Source: an uncultured Acidobacteriota bacterium (lineage in GTDB: Bacteria; Acidobacteriota; Vicinamibacteria; Vicinamibacterales; 2-12-FULL-66-21). Taken from it: a DNA stretch of 64,000 nt. The stretch lies in NCBI GenBank assembly GCA_963797625.1, contig CAWCQI010000038.1, forward strand, positions 34,009-98,008. The letters run 5' to 3'. How positions within the stretch are numbered: position 1 is the first letter of the stretch; each line of letters begins with the position of its first letter. The notes beneath the pieces are model-generated. The model did no database searches. It worked only from the letters and a program-made list of their open reading frames with translations, and was not told the origin of the DNA. Shown here piece after piece: positions 11,201-21,690 of this stretch. A program made the translations under genes and the position numbers.

Positions 11201-13961
11201 AGTACCTGCGGGGCAAGGGCATGCTGTTCGATCTGGTCGTGCTGAACGCGCACGGCACGACCTACCGGATGGATCTCCAGGACTCGGCGCAGCAGATGGT
11301 CGAAAGCGGTCCGGAACAGGCGTGGATCGATCGCCCCGGCGGCGTGTTCCTGCGCCGCGCCGACCTGATGCCGGCCGAGGATCAACTGCTGCTTCTCGCG
11401 GCGGCGCGCGCGGTGATGGACGGCGCTGAGGGCGATCTCAATCAGCAGCTCGTCCGTCCGGTTGCCAGCTACGCCGCGACTGCCCGAACCGAGCCGGGCG
11501 CGGACTCAGAAGTCCGAACCTCCGGCCGTAAGGCTGCCCACGCCCGTGCCCGAGCTCGAGTCGTTCAATGGCCTTGGCGGCTTCGCCGACGCCGGCCGCG
11601 AGTATGTCATCCGACTCCACCCGGGCGCGGGCCAGATTCCGCCCTCCCCATGGGTGAACGTTGTCGCGCACCCGACGTTCGGGTTTGCCGGATCAGACCT
11701 CGGCACCGGCTTCACCTGGTCGGAGAACAGCCACGACAACCGGCTCACGCCCTGGCGCAACGATCCCGTGATCGATCCTCAGGGCGAGGCGATCTATTTT
11801 CGCGACGACGAGAGCGGCCGCGTGTGGTCGGCGACGCCTCTGCCAGCCGGAGGCGGACAGCCGTACACCGTCCGCCATGGGCAGGGCTACAGCGTCTACG
11901 AACACGCGCGCGATGGGATCGAGTCTCGACTCCGCGTCTACGTCGCCGCCGCCGAGCCGGTCAAGGTATTCCAGATCGCGCTGCGCAATGCGTCGAGCCG
12001 CCGTCGGCAGCTGACGGTGACGATCTACGCGGAATGGGTCCTCGGCGAGAACCGCGACCGCACCGCCCTCCACATCGTCACGCGCCGCGAACCGACAACT
12101 GGCGCGTTGATCGCGTGCAACGCGTTTCGCGATGCGTTTGCTGATCGCGTGGCGTTCCTGGACCTGTTCGGCGGCGACCGCCGCACGGTGACCGGCGACC
12201 GGACCGAATTCATCGGCCGCAATGGTTCACTCAGCGCTCCTGCGGCGCTCGATCGCGACGCGTTGTCGGACCGAACCGGGGCGGGAATGGACCCGTGCGG
12301 CGCGGTGCAGGTTCGTCTGACCCTCGAACCGTCCCAGGAACTGACCGTCATCGGACTCCTCGGCGAGGCGGCCGACGACGCGAGCGTGTCCTCCCTGGTG
12401 CGCCGCTGCCGCGCGCCTCAGGGGATTACCGCTGCCTTCGACGATGTGCAGACCTTCTGGCGCTCGCTGCTCGGCTCGGTCCAGGTCAGCACGCCTGACC
12501 GCTCGATGGACCTGATCCTCAACCACTGGCTCCTCTACCAGACGCTGGCGTGCCGCATCTGGGGGCGCTCCGCCTTCTACCAGTCGAGCGGCGCGTTCGG
12601 CTTTCGCGATCAGCTGCAGGACGTGCTCGCCTTTCTTCTCGCCGCGCCACACCTTGCGCGCAATCACATCCTCCATGCCGCGTCGCGCCAGTTCGTCGAA
12701 GGCGACGTCCAGCACTGGTGGCACGAACCGGGCGGCCAGGGCGTACGAACGAAGTTCTCCGACGACCGGCTGTGGCTGGCCTACGCGACGCTGCAATACG
12801 TCACGGCAACGGCGGATACAGGCGTCCTCGACGAGAGCGTGCCGTTCCTCGAGGGCCGCGTGCTCGGCCCCGACGAGCACGAGGCCTATGAACGGCCGAC
12901 GACGTCGAGCCGAGCGGGCGACACTCTACGAACACTGCGTCCGCGCGATTGCCCTCAATCTCTCAACCGGGGCGCATGGACTGCCGTTCATGGGAACCGG
13001 TGACTGGAACGATGGCATGAACCTCGTCGGCGCCGACGGCAAGGGCGAGAGTGTCTGGCTCGGCTGGTTCCTCATCTCGATCCTGCGACCGTTCGCGGAC
13101 CTGGCCGCAGCTCGCGGCGAGAGCGATCGCGCCGATACCTACCGCCGCCATGCGACGTCGCTCGAAGCCGCGCTCGAGCACGCCTGGGACGGCGACTGGT
13201 ACCGTCGCGCCTACTTCGATGACGGCACGCCGCTCGGCTCGAAGGAGAACACCGAGTGCCGCATCGACGCGATCGCGCAGTCATGGTCTGTCCTTGCCGG
13301 CGGCGCCGACCGCGCGCGCGCGCGGCAGGCGATGGAGGCCGTCGAGCAGCAGTTGGTTCGAACCGCCGATCGAATGATCCTGCTGCTGACGCCGCCATTC
13401 GACAAGATGACCCCCAGCCCCGGATACATCCAGGGCTATGTGCCGGGCGTCCGCGAGAACGGCGGGCAATATACGCACGCCGCCCTCTGGACGGTCCTGG
13501 CATTCGCGCAGCTGGGCGACGGCGATCGGGCGACCGAGCTCTTCTCGATGCTGAACCCGCTGACGCACACCCGTGACGCCGCCGAGATTCAGAAATATCG
13601 CGCAGAGCCGTACGTCGTCGCCGCAGACCTCTACTCGCAGCCGCCTCATACCGGGCGCGGTGGATGGACCTGGTATACAGGGTCGGCCGGTTGGATGTAT
13701 CGCGTCGGGATCGAGGCGATCCTGGGATTGACTCGCCGTGGCGGCGCGCTGCACATCGACCCCTGCATCCCGAAAACGTGGCCGCGCTACGAGATGGTCT
13801 TCAAGGCCGGGCGAACGGAATACCGGATCGTCGTCGAGAACCCGAGCGGTGTGAATCGCGGCGTCGCGCGGCTTGAAATCGATGGCGTCGACGCGACCGG
13901 TCGCGACGTGCCGATTGTCGACGATGGCGCGGTGCACCAGGTGAGAGTGGTGATGGGGTAG
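5259..13961 (+). CDS. ndvB: Cyclic beta-1,2-glucan synthase (Cgs/NdvB/ChvB type: GT84, cyclisation/glycoamylase-like domain, GH94 phosphorylase); about 3 frameshifts
   Basis: ORFs 5259..6851, 6421..12144, 11462..13003 and 12654..13961 join into one protein with ERKRGKL, TLDSDT, LLSHDLFEG, RQHRWVRGDWQ, TSPTNIG, SWSGSMFEYLMP, YQSSGAFGFRDQLQD, GDWNDGMN, RENGGQYTH, WTWYTGSAGW. Confidence 0.9.
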
Positions 13962-14094
13962 CTGTCAGCTTCCAGCTATCAGCTCCAGCTTCCAGCTCTC
14001 AGCTTCAGCCAACCATCTGCTCGCCAGTCGATCGACGGATAACTAGCTCTAGCTGATTTCGAAAGCTGAAGCTGAGAGCTGGAAGCTGACAGCT
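13960..14094. repeat. Heptamer-armed inverted repeat (CAGCTNN units)
   Basis: AGCTGTCAGCTTCCAGCT...CTCAGCTTCAGC on the left, complementary AGCTGAAGCTGAGAGCTGGAAGCTGACAGCT on the right; between convergent genes. Confidence 0.85.
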
Positions 14095-14470
14095 ATCTTA
14101 TTGGCGCCCGCTTCGTCCGTCCCCACGCCACGAACGCCGCCAGCCCACCCAGCACGATGTTGACGGGCGTCGCCTGCACTTCGCCACGCGAGACATGGAA
14201 CGCCATCGCGAGGATCATGATCGTCAGCAGTCCAAGTGCCGCGAGCGGGGTCAGCGAAGGCTTGATCTTGGTTGCAGCGGGGAGAATCAGGCCGACCGCC
14301 CCGAGGAACTCGGAAATGCCGATAAAGCGGACCATCGCAAGCGGCACCTGCGACGCCCACTGAACGCCACTCTGCACGAGCACGTCGACCGGCTGCGTCG
14401 ATTTCATGAAGCCGGCCATGCCGAACGCGCAGGCGAGAAGGACCTGAACGACCCAGAGAAGGGCATGCAT
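14093..14470 (-). CDS. DoxX family membrane protein
   Basis: 125 aa, 4 hydrophobic helices, AGFMK, FIGISEFLGAVGLILP, LTPLAALGL...FH pattern. Confidence 0.85.
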   Translation of the reverse strand: MHALLWVVQVLLACAFGMAGFMKSTQPVDVLVQSGVQWASQVPLAMVRFIGISEFLGAVGLILPAATKIKPSLTPLAALGLLTIMILAMAFHVSRGEVQATPVNIVLGGLAAFVAWGRTKRAPIR

Positions 14471-14479
14471 GGCAAGACC

Positions 14480-15034
14480 TCAGGATGCGGCCGCGGCGCG
14501 TCCGCCACTGGGTTTGGCCAGCTTCTGAGCGATCGCGCGCTTGCGTTTCGCCCAGAACGGCACCCAGAACATCCAGACGCCCGCCGCACCACAACAGCAG
14601 CAGCGTGACGCCGGTCGGCAGGAACAAGCCGAGCTTGGTCCAATCGCCTGCGAAAAACGAACCGTCGTGAATCGACTCGATCAGATCCGACCGCCGATAC
14701 GCGACCTGCAGAATCTGTCCGTCCCCAGATCGACCTGAACCTCGTAGCCGTTGTGCAGCCAGACCTTCACCATGCCGCGCCCGGGCCGCACGTCCATCCG
14801 ATTGACGTCGTCCCAACTCCGCACGTGCATCTCGGGCACTGCTTGACGCGCTCGAGCACTTCGTCGAACGACAACTCAGGTGCCTTCCCCGTCCCGCGTC
14901 GCTCAGGCGGCTGCACCCACGCTGACTGTTTCTTGGCCTGCAGCAGCAAGCCGCTGCAGATCATCACGAGAGCGGGATCGCAACAATTGCGCTCGCCCAA
15001 TAGTGAATTTGCGGTTCAGGACGTTGAATTTCAA
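14480..15034 (-). CDS. PepSY-associated TM-helix protein, frameshifted
   Basis: Stitched: MKFNVLNRKF(H)YW..., SGLLLQAKKQSAWVQPP, YRRSDLIESIHDGSFF, GVWMFWVPF; stop TGA at 14480. Confidence 0.65.
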
Positions 15035-15050
15035 GGTTCAGGGTTCAAGT

Positions 15051-18000
15051 TCAGTCTAGCGTCAGTGCGGCAATCCCGGCACGCTTGAGTTGCGTGTTCA
15101 GTGCGGGCAGGTCTACCGTTCGGAGTGCGGTCCAGCGCGCCATCACGCGTGCCGCATTCTGCTGCGCGGCTGTGACCGCAGCGAGCGTATTCGCCGTCGG
15201 GGCCACGTCGGCAGCTTGCATGGAGTTCATCAGCGCGCCGAGCGACGTGCTCAACGCCCACAATGTGTCGGCTGGCGCCACAGGCTGAGGTCCGCCACGG
15301 CCGCCGCCCGGGCCTCCCCGCCCACCACCTCCGGCGGGAGGTGTGCCTTCGAGCGCCGCGGCCTTCTGTGCAAACGTGGCGAGCGAATCGGCAACGGGGC
15401 CCTGCGCCTGCAGCCTGGCGATCTGCTGTCGCATGAGACCGAGCTTCGCTGCCGCGATCCGCGCATCGGCAGCGCCGTAGTACATCGCCCTGGTCAGCGT
15501 ATAGACCTGCTGCATCGCAAGTGGCGGTGTCTTCACGCGCGGGTCCTGCTTCACGACGATCGGCTGGGTGTAGCTCTTGCCATCGACCGTCAACTTGACG
15601 GTGTAGGTTCCAGGGTTGACCCATGGGGTCGTCGGCGCCGGAACGGTGTTGTATGGAATCGCCTGAATCGGGAGTTGGGTCGGCACGGCGCCAAGCGCGC
15701 CTTCACCGGGAACCAACCCCGCGAGCGGCTGGTAGCGCACGTCCCACACGAACCGGTGCATCCCCGACGCCGTTGCGAGCCTCTGCGGCGGGCGATACCA
15801 GTAGACCGGCGCCGGCGCCGCTGGCGGTTCGGGAATCGGCGCGATCTGATCGGCACTCGAGTAGCGCCGGATCAGACGGCCGTCCTCCTGCAGGATCTCC
15901 AGGGTGACCGGTCCGGCCGAGGCCGACTTCAGGTAGTAATTGACGATGGCGCCCTCAGGGGGATTCGGGCCCGTCGGCTCTTCCTTGGGCCAAGGCATAT
16001 CGACGCTCGTATTCCAGCGCACGCGCCACGCGGTCGTCGGCTTGAAAAGGATCACGTCCTGACTCGCGGACGCGGCGTCGATCTGGCGCAACGGCGTGAT
16101 GTCGTCGAGAATCCAGAATCCCCGCCCGTGCGTGGCCGCAACCAGATCGTCGTCTTTGACAATCAGGTCGCGCACCGACGACACGGCCATGTTCAGCCTC
16201 AGTGATTGCCAGTTGGCGCCATCGTCGAACGACACGTAGACCGCGCGCTCGGTGCCAGCGAAGAGCAATCCCTTTCGCCTGGGATCCTCGCGAACCGCGT
16301 TGACGGTCTCGCCATTCGGGATGCCGTTGACGATCTCGGTCCACGTCTTGCCGCCGTCGTGGGTGCGGAAGATGTGCGGACGGAGATCATCGAGGCGAAG
16401 CGTGTTGACCGCGGCGTACGCCGTCAGCGGAGCGAAGCGGCCGGCATCCATGACCGACACTTTGGCCCACGGACCGACGCCCGGCGGGGTCACGTCCTTC
16501 CAGGTGGCGCCACTGTCGGCCGTCACGTGAATCAATCCGTCGTCAGTTCCGACCCAGATGCGGTTGATGTCCTGATAGGACGGGGCGACGGTGTAGATGA
16601 CGCCGCGTTCGGCAGGCTGCGCCGAAGGGTCGCCGGAGTACTTGCCGACGCTCTCCGGGACGGTCCACGTTTTTCGCGTCAGGTCCGGGCTGATCTGCTT
16701 CCAATGCGTCCCGCCATCGACCGTCTTCCAAAGATGGTTGTTGGCGAAGAACAGGGCGCGTTTGTCGACTTCAGAGAAGATCACCGGCATCGTGCGAACC
16801 TGACGGAAGTTGCCCGGCACGCCGCCGATGCCGCCCCGGCCGCCGAGCGGACCGACAACCGACACCTGTCCGGTTCTTCGATCGAAGCGGGTCACCGTCC
16901 GGCCACCGTAGACGATGTCTGGATCGAGCGGATCGGGCGCAACGAAGCCGTACTCGTCGACGTTGACCGGAAGCCAATCGCGGTCGGAAATCGCGCCGTA
17001 GTTGCCGCGACTCGACACGCAGACCGAGCCGCTCTCCTGCTGCCCGCTGCAAATTCGATACGGAAACGCGTTGTCCGCCGAGACGTGGTAGAACTGCCCG
17101 GTCGGCTGGTTATACCAGGAACTCCAGGTCTCTCCGCCGTTGAGCGTCACGACCGCGCCCTGGTCGGCGGCGAGCAGGATGATGTCGGGGTTGTCCGGGT
17201 TGATCCAGCCGTTCTGATAGTCCTCCCCGCCTGGAGCGCCCTTGAACGACGTCCAGGTCTTCCCGCCGTCGGTCGACTTCCACGACACGGTGCTCGCCAT
17301 GATCACGATGTCGGGATCCTTCGGATGCGCGATCGGCATCGGCAGGTCGCCGCCACCGATCCGGCCAGCCGGCCGCGGATCGGTCGTGATACGCGCCCAC
17401 GTTTCGCCGGCATCATCGCTGCGATACAGGCCGACCGCGCCGCGATCGCTCGACGCGCCGGGCTTGTCGTAGCCGGCCACGGCTGCGTACAACCGTTTGG
17501 GATTTGCCGGCGAAATCGCGAGATTCGCCTGGACGACGACGGGCAGTCCAGTCGTGAGCGGCTTCCAGGTCGTGCCACCATCTACCGATTTGAACACGCC
17601 GCCGTTGGTGCCGGCCCACACCGAGTTCTCCCACGGGCCCTGACGTTCCTCCCACATCGTGGCGTACACGGTCTCGGGGTTCGACGGATCGATGTCGACG
17701 TCGTTGCCGCCAGTGTTCTCATCCTTCGAGAGCACCTTTTCGAAGGTCTTGCCGCCATCGGTCGAGCGATAAATGCCGCGTTCTTCGTTGGGACCGTAGG
17801 GATGGCCGAGCGCGGCCACAAAGAGCCGGTTGGGGTTCTTCGGATCGACCGCGATGGCGGGAATCTGCTGCGCGTCGCGCAGTCCGAGGTGCGTCCACGT
17901 CCTGCCGGCGTCGGTCGACTTGTAGACGCCGTCGCCCGTCGAGAGATCCGGACGGTGAAGGCCTTCGCCGCTGCCGACGTAAATCGTGCTGGCGTCGGAG

Positions 18001-18314
18001 GGAGCGATGGCGATCGTACCGATGGAACCTGTCGGCTGGTCGTCGAAGATCGGCTTCCAGACGCGGCCGGCGTCAGTCGTCTTCCAGACGCCGCCGTTGA
18101 CCGCCGCCATATAGAAGGTGTACGGATGGCTCGCGTGGCCGGCCGCCGCGCGGGTCCGGCTCGCGCGGTGGGGGCCGACGTTCCGCCAGCGCAGCTCGCT
18201 AAAAAGCTGAGGACTGACCTCGCTGGCCTGTTCGGCTGGAAGCGACGCCGTCAACGCGAGGAGTGGGGCGGCCAGGATTGCCAGGCGGCACATCCCGGCG
18301 CGCCAACCGATCAT
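15051..18314 (-). CDS. Secreted VPS10/BNR-repeat beta-propeller protein (glycosyl hydrolase-like)
   Basis: Signal peptide, LRWRNVGP, many S/TxDGGxTW Asp-box repeats; start uncertain (18314 or 18293). Confidence 0.85.
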   Translation of the reverse strand: MIGWRAGMCRLAILAAPLLALTASLPAEQASEVSPQLFSELRWRNVGPHRASRTRAAAGHASHPYTFYMAAVNGGVWKTTDAGRVWKPIFDDQPTGSIGTIAIAPSDASTIYVGSGEGLHRPDLSTGDGVYKSTDAGRTWTHLGLRDAQQIPAIAVDPKNPNRLFVAALGHPYGPNEERGIYRSTDGGKTFEKVLSKDENTGGNDVDIDPSNPETVYATMWEERQGPWENSVWAGTNGGVFKSVDGGTTWKPLTTGLPVVVQANLAISPANPKRLYAAVAGYDKPGASSDRGAVGLYRSDDAGETWARITTDPRPAGRIGGGDLPMPIAHPKDPDIVIMASTVSWKSTDGGKTWTSFKGAPGGEDYQNGWINPDNPDIILLAADQGAVVTLNGGETWSSWYNQPTGQFYHVSADNAFPYRICSGQQESGSVCVSSRGNYGAISDRDWLPVNVDEYGFVAPDPLDPDIVYGGRTVTRFDRRTGQVSVVGPLGGRGGIGGVPGNFRQVRTMPVIFSEVDKRALFFANNHLWKTVDGGTHWKQISPDLTRKTWTVPESVGKYSGDPSAQPAERGVIYTVAPSYQDINRIWVGTDDGLIHVTADSGATWKDVTPPGVGPWAKVSVMDAGRFAPLTAYAAVNTLRLDDLRPHIFRTHDGGKTWTEIVNGIPNGETVNAVREDPRRKGLLFAGTERAVYVSFDDGANWQSLRLNMAVSSVRDLIVKDDDLVAATHGRGFWILDDITPLRQIDAASASQDVILFKPTTAWRVRWNTSVDMPWPKEEPTGPNPPEGAIVNYYLKSASAGPVTLEILQEDGRLIRRYSSADQIAPIPEPPAAPAPVYWYRPPQRLATASGMHRFVWDVRYQPLAGLVPGEGALGAVPTQLPIQAIPYNTVPAPTTPWVNPGTYTVKLTVDGKSYTQPIVVKQDPRVKTPPLAMQQVYTLTRAMYYGAADARIAAAKLGLMRQQIARLQAQGPVADSLATFAQKAAALEGTPPAGGGGRGGPGGGRGGPQPVAPADTLWALSTSLGALMNSMQAADVAPTANTLAAVTAAQQNAARVMARWTALRTVDLPALNTQLKRAGIAALTLD

Positions 18315-18324
18315 CGCTTGCTCC

Positions 18325-19700
18325 TCATCGTTTACTCCATGGGGCGACTTGTTCCTGCACCGTCTTCGTATCCCCAACGATCACGAGCGTCATCTTGTCC
18401 GGCGTCAGGTATTGATTCGCAATCCGTCGCACCTCGTCGGGCGTGACTGCCATCACGCGTTTCACGTAGGTCGCCAGATACTGGTCGCCGAGTCCGTGCC
18501 GGTCCACAAAGGCAATCTGGCTGAGGACACCGCCGCGCGAGGCATTCTGCACGACGAAGATGCCGGCCAGATTGTTTTTGATGCCCTGCAGTTCGGCGGC
18601 GGTCGGGGCCTCCTTCCGCAACCGATCGATCTCGAAAAAGATCTCCTTGAGCGACGGACCGGTCACGTTGGTCGTGACGTCGGCGGTTTCGACCCACTGC
18701 GCATCGCCCGGATGCGAGGTGATCGTGCTATTTGGCGAATACGTGTAGCCCTTCTGCTCGCGGATGTTCGCCGTGATCCGTGACGCAAACGATCCGCCGA
18801 GGAGCGAATCCGTCACTTCGAGTGCGACCCAGTCGGCATGCGACGGATCGGCGACCTTGAGCCCGACCATGACTGTCGATTGCGGCGCGCCCGCGCGATC
18901 CAGCAGCGCGAAGCCGCCGGATCGCGCGGCTGGTTTCGCCGGCGGCGCGATCGTCTCGCCGCGTGGCCAGGCGTCGAATGCCTTCCGGACGCTCGCCTCC
19001 ATTGCCGCCGCGTCAAACACGCCGGCGATGTAGATCCGGGCGCGGCCGGCGGTGAAATGACTCTTGTGGAAGGCGCGGACCTGCTCCAGCGTGTAGCCCG
19101 AGAGCATCGCCTCGGTCGGGAACAACCGGCCGTACGAGATGGTCGCCGTAGATCAACTCGGCAAACTTCTCGGACAGCAACCGATTGAGGCGTGCTCTTC
19201 TGAATGGCCAGGTCCCGCGCCATGTTCGCCTTGACTCGCGCGAGCTCCGACTCCGGCAGCCGAGGACGCTCGGCGACGTCGGCAATGAGCTCGACCGCCT
19301 TGGCGCCGTTTTCCGACAGCACGTCGGTCGAGATCGTCGCCATGTCCGGCCCGACACCGACGCCGAGTTGCCCGCCCATCGCGGCAAACTCGCGCGCCAG
19401 CGCCTCGCCGGTCAGCGCCGTCGTGCCCTCGCGCAGCATGTTGCCGGTGAGGTCGGCCAACCACACTTGATCCTTGGCTTCGTAGACGTTGCCGGCTTCG
19501 ACGACGAGACGGATCGTGACCTTGGGCACGAGGCCGAAGGGCACCATGGTGACTGGAAGGCCGTTTGACAGCGTGAATCGCTTCGGGCTGGGAATGACGA
19601 AGTCCTTGGCCGGGCCAGGCGCCGGCGGCGCCTGTTTCTGCTCGGCGCCGGCCGCGACGGTTGCCGCGAGGATCAGCGCCACGAGCACGGAGCGCCTCAT
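18325..19700 (-). CDS. M16 (pitrilysin) family peptidase, non-catalytic subunit; frameshifted
   Basis: ORFs 18813..19700 and 18325..19125; TLSNGL, LGGSFASRITANIREQKGYTY; no HxxEH. Confidence 0.85.
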
Positions 19701-21155
19701 CGCACCCCCCCTTTCCCCGCGTCCTTTTGGGATCGGCTCTCCGGCTCCGCGCCGGTCTTCCCCGGCGTGATCACATAGACGGTGCGATTGCCGGGCCGGA
19801 GATACTCACTTGCCGTTTTCTGGATGAGCGCCGGCGTGACTTTGGCGAACCCCTCCTCGAGCCGGTTGATTCGAGACGGGTCGTCGTCGAAGAGCGCGAA
19901 CGATGCCAGCAGGTTGGCGCGGCCGAAACCAACGAACTGCTCGGTCTCGGCATAGAGTCCCGACCGCATCTTGACGCGAGCGCGCTCGAGCGTCGCCGGA
20001 TCGAGCCCGTCTTTTCTGACCCGTTCGATGACGGTATCAATTGCCGCCAGCAACTTGTCCGTCGGCGTCGTCGTGTCGTGAAAGAACTGCGCGATCCACA
20101 GCATCGGGCCGCTGTAGTCGAACATGCTGCCGAGCCCCCAGTTGATCCCCGCGTCGACGCCGCCGGTCAGGCCGGCCTTGCGCACGACCTCGTCGAAGAG
20201 CAGCGAGTCGCTGCCCTGCGCGAGCGCGCGGTCGATCAGCCCGAACGCAAACCATTCGGGCGTAAACCGGTCCGGCAGGTGATACGCGATGCCAAGCGCC
20301 GGGCGGTTGGCAAGCGGATCGGTTCGACCGGTGCGCTTTTCTTTTTCCTGTCGCGGTTCGCGAAGATCGACCGGCGGCGGCAGCTTGCCCGCCGGGATGT
20401 CGGCGAAGTACTTCTCGATCCATGCCTTGGCTGAATCCGCGGCAAAGTCGCCGGTCACGACCAGGACGGCGTTGTTCGGCGCGTAGAACGTCCGGAAAAA
20501 CGATCGCACGTCATCGAGAGTCGCGGCATCGAGGTGCGCGAGGTCGCCGTAGAAGTTGTGGGCGTTGTACCAGTTCTGGTTCGCCGCCATCGGCAGGTCG
20601 ATCCACGGGAAACCGCCATAGGGCTGATTGAGGACGTTGACCTTGACCTCGTTCTTGACCACTTCCTGCTGGTTCTTGAGGTTGTCGGCGTCGATATTGA
20701 GGCCCCGCATCCGATCGGCTTCGGCCCAGAGAATCGTCTCCAGCACGTGCGACGGAACGACCTGGAAGTAGTTCGTGAAGTCGAATCGCGTGGAGCCGTT
20801 CAGCAGGCCGCCGTTTGATTCCACCAGCCGGATGAACTCCATCTTCCCGAGGTTCTGCGAGCCCTGGAACATCATGTGCTCGAAGAGATGCGAGAAGCCG
20901 GTCCTGTCCTTCGGCTCGTTGCGGAAGCCGATGTTGTAGTACACCGGCCACGACCACCGTCGGCGTCGTCGTGTCGCGCGACAGGACGACCTTGAGCCCG
21001 TTTTTCAGCTTGAAGTACTCGATCGGGACCTGGAGCCCCTGCTTCGGCGCCGCCGCCTGGCGGGCCGCACCAGGGATCACGGAAGCCGACGCAGCCATGA
21101 CGACCGCGAGCGGGACCACCATCAAGCACTTCGAGAAGTTTCCTCGTACCAGCAT
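19697..21155 (-). CDS. M16 family peptidase, catalytic subunit; frameshift near 20945
   Basis: KLKNGLKVV, TGFSHLFEHMMFQGS (HxxEH), NGST, YAPNNAVLVVTGD; ATGA overlap with the downstream gene. Confidence 0.9.
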
Positions 21156-21204
21156 CGTTGCACTCCTTCAACCGCTGCTCACATTCGCCACAAGTATAGC
21201 CACG

Positions 21205-21690
21205 GACGCCGGAACGCGGATCGTGCGCTCACGGGAACGCGGATCCTTCGTCTGACGGGACGCGGATCGCGGATCTTGTCTGACGGGACGCGGATCACGC
21301 GGATCTCCCACGGATAACACAGAACACACTGATCCTGCCCGAGATGCGAATGATGGCTCTCACGCTGCACTGCTTGCACGCCGGCCGCTTGGCCGGCGTA
21401 GGGGTGATGCGAGGGACGGGAATCACAAGTGCCGCTGGAATGTCGGGCGCTTGTGATTCCCGTCCCTCGCATCACCCCAACCGCGCTACGCGCGGTGCAA
21501 GCAGTTTCGTGCGCTGCGAACCAGCTGGTTCTCTCCGTGCGTCTCCCACTGGACTCGGCTCCGTTCCTCCGCGTTGAAACCGTTATCTCCGTGACCTCCG
21601 TCGGTAACTCGAAATCCGCGTCATCCGCGTGATCCGCGTCCCGTAAAAAATAGATCCGTGATCCGCGTCCCGTCTCCCAGAGATCCGCGT
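21205..21690. repeat. Composite structured intergenic element: inverted CGCGGATC arrays around a four-way-junction core
   Basis: 22-bp perfect inverted repeat 21283-21304/21623-21644; 29-bp perfect stem 21401-21429/21450-21478; further nested stems. Confidence 0.85.

Noticed and set aside
5259-13961. Programmed frameshifting or pseudogene status for ndvB and other split genes
   Set aside because: Breaks occur throughout the window regardless of function, without shared slippery motifs; sequencing error is more parsimonious
21369-21505. Possible tRNA (cloverleaf)
   Set aside because: 137 nt with a stem of at least 29 bp, no T-loop GTTC consensus, no 7-nt anticodon loop, no CCA end
21205-21690. 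Possible CRISPR array
   Set aside because: Repeats are short, degenerate, irregularly spaced and inverted between the two sides; no unique spacers of constant length and no cas genes
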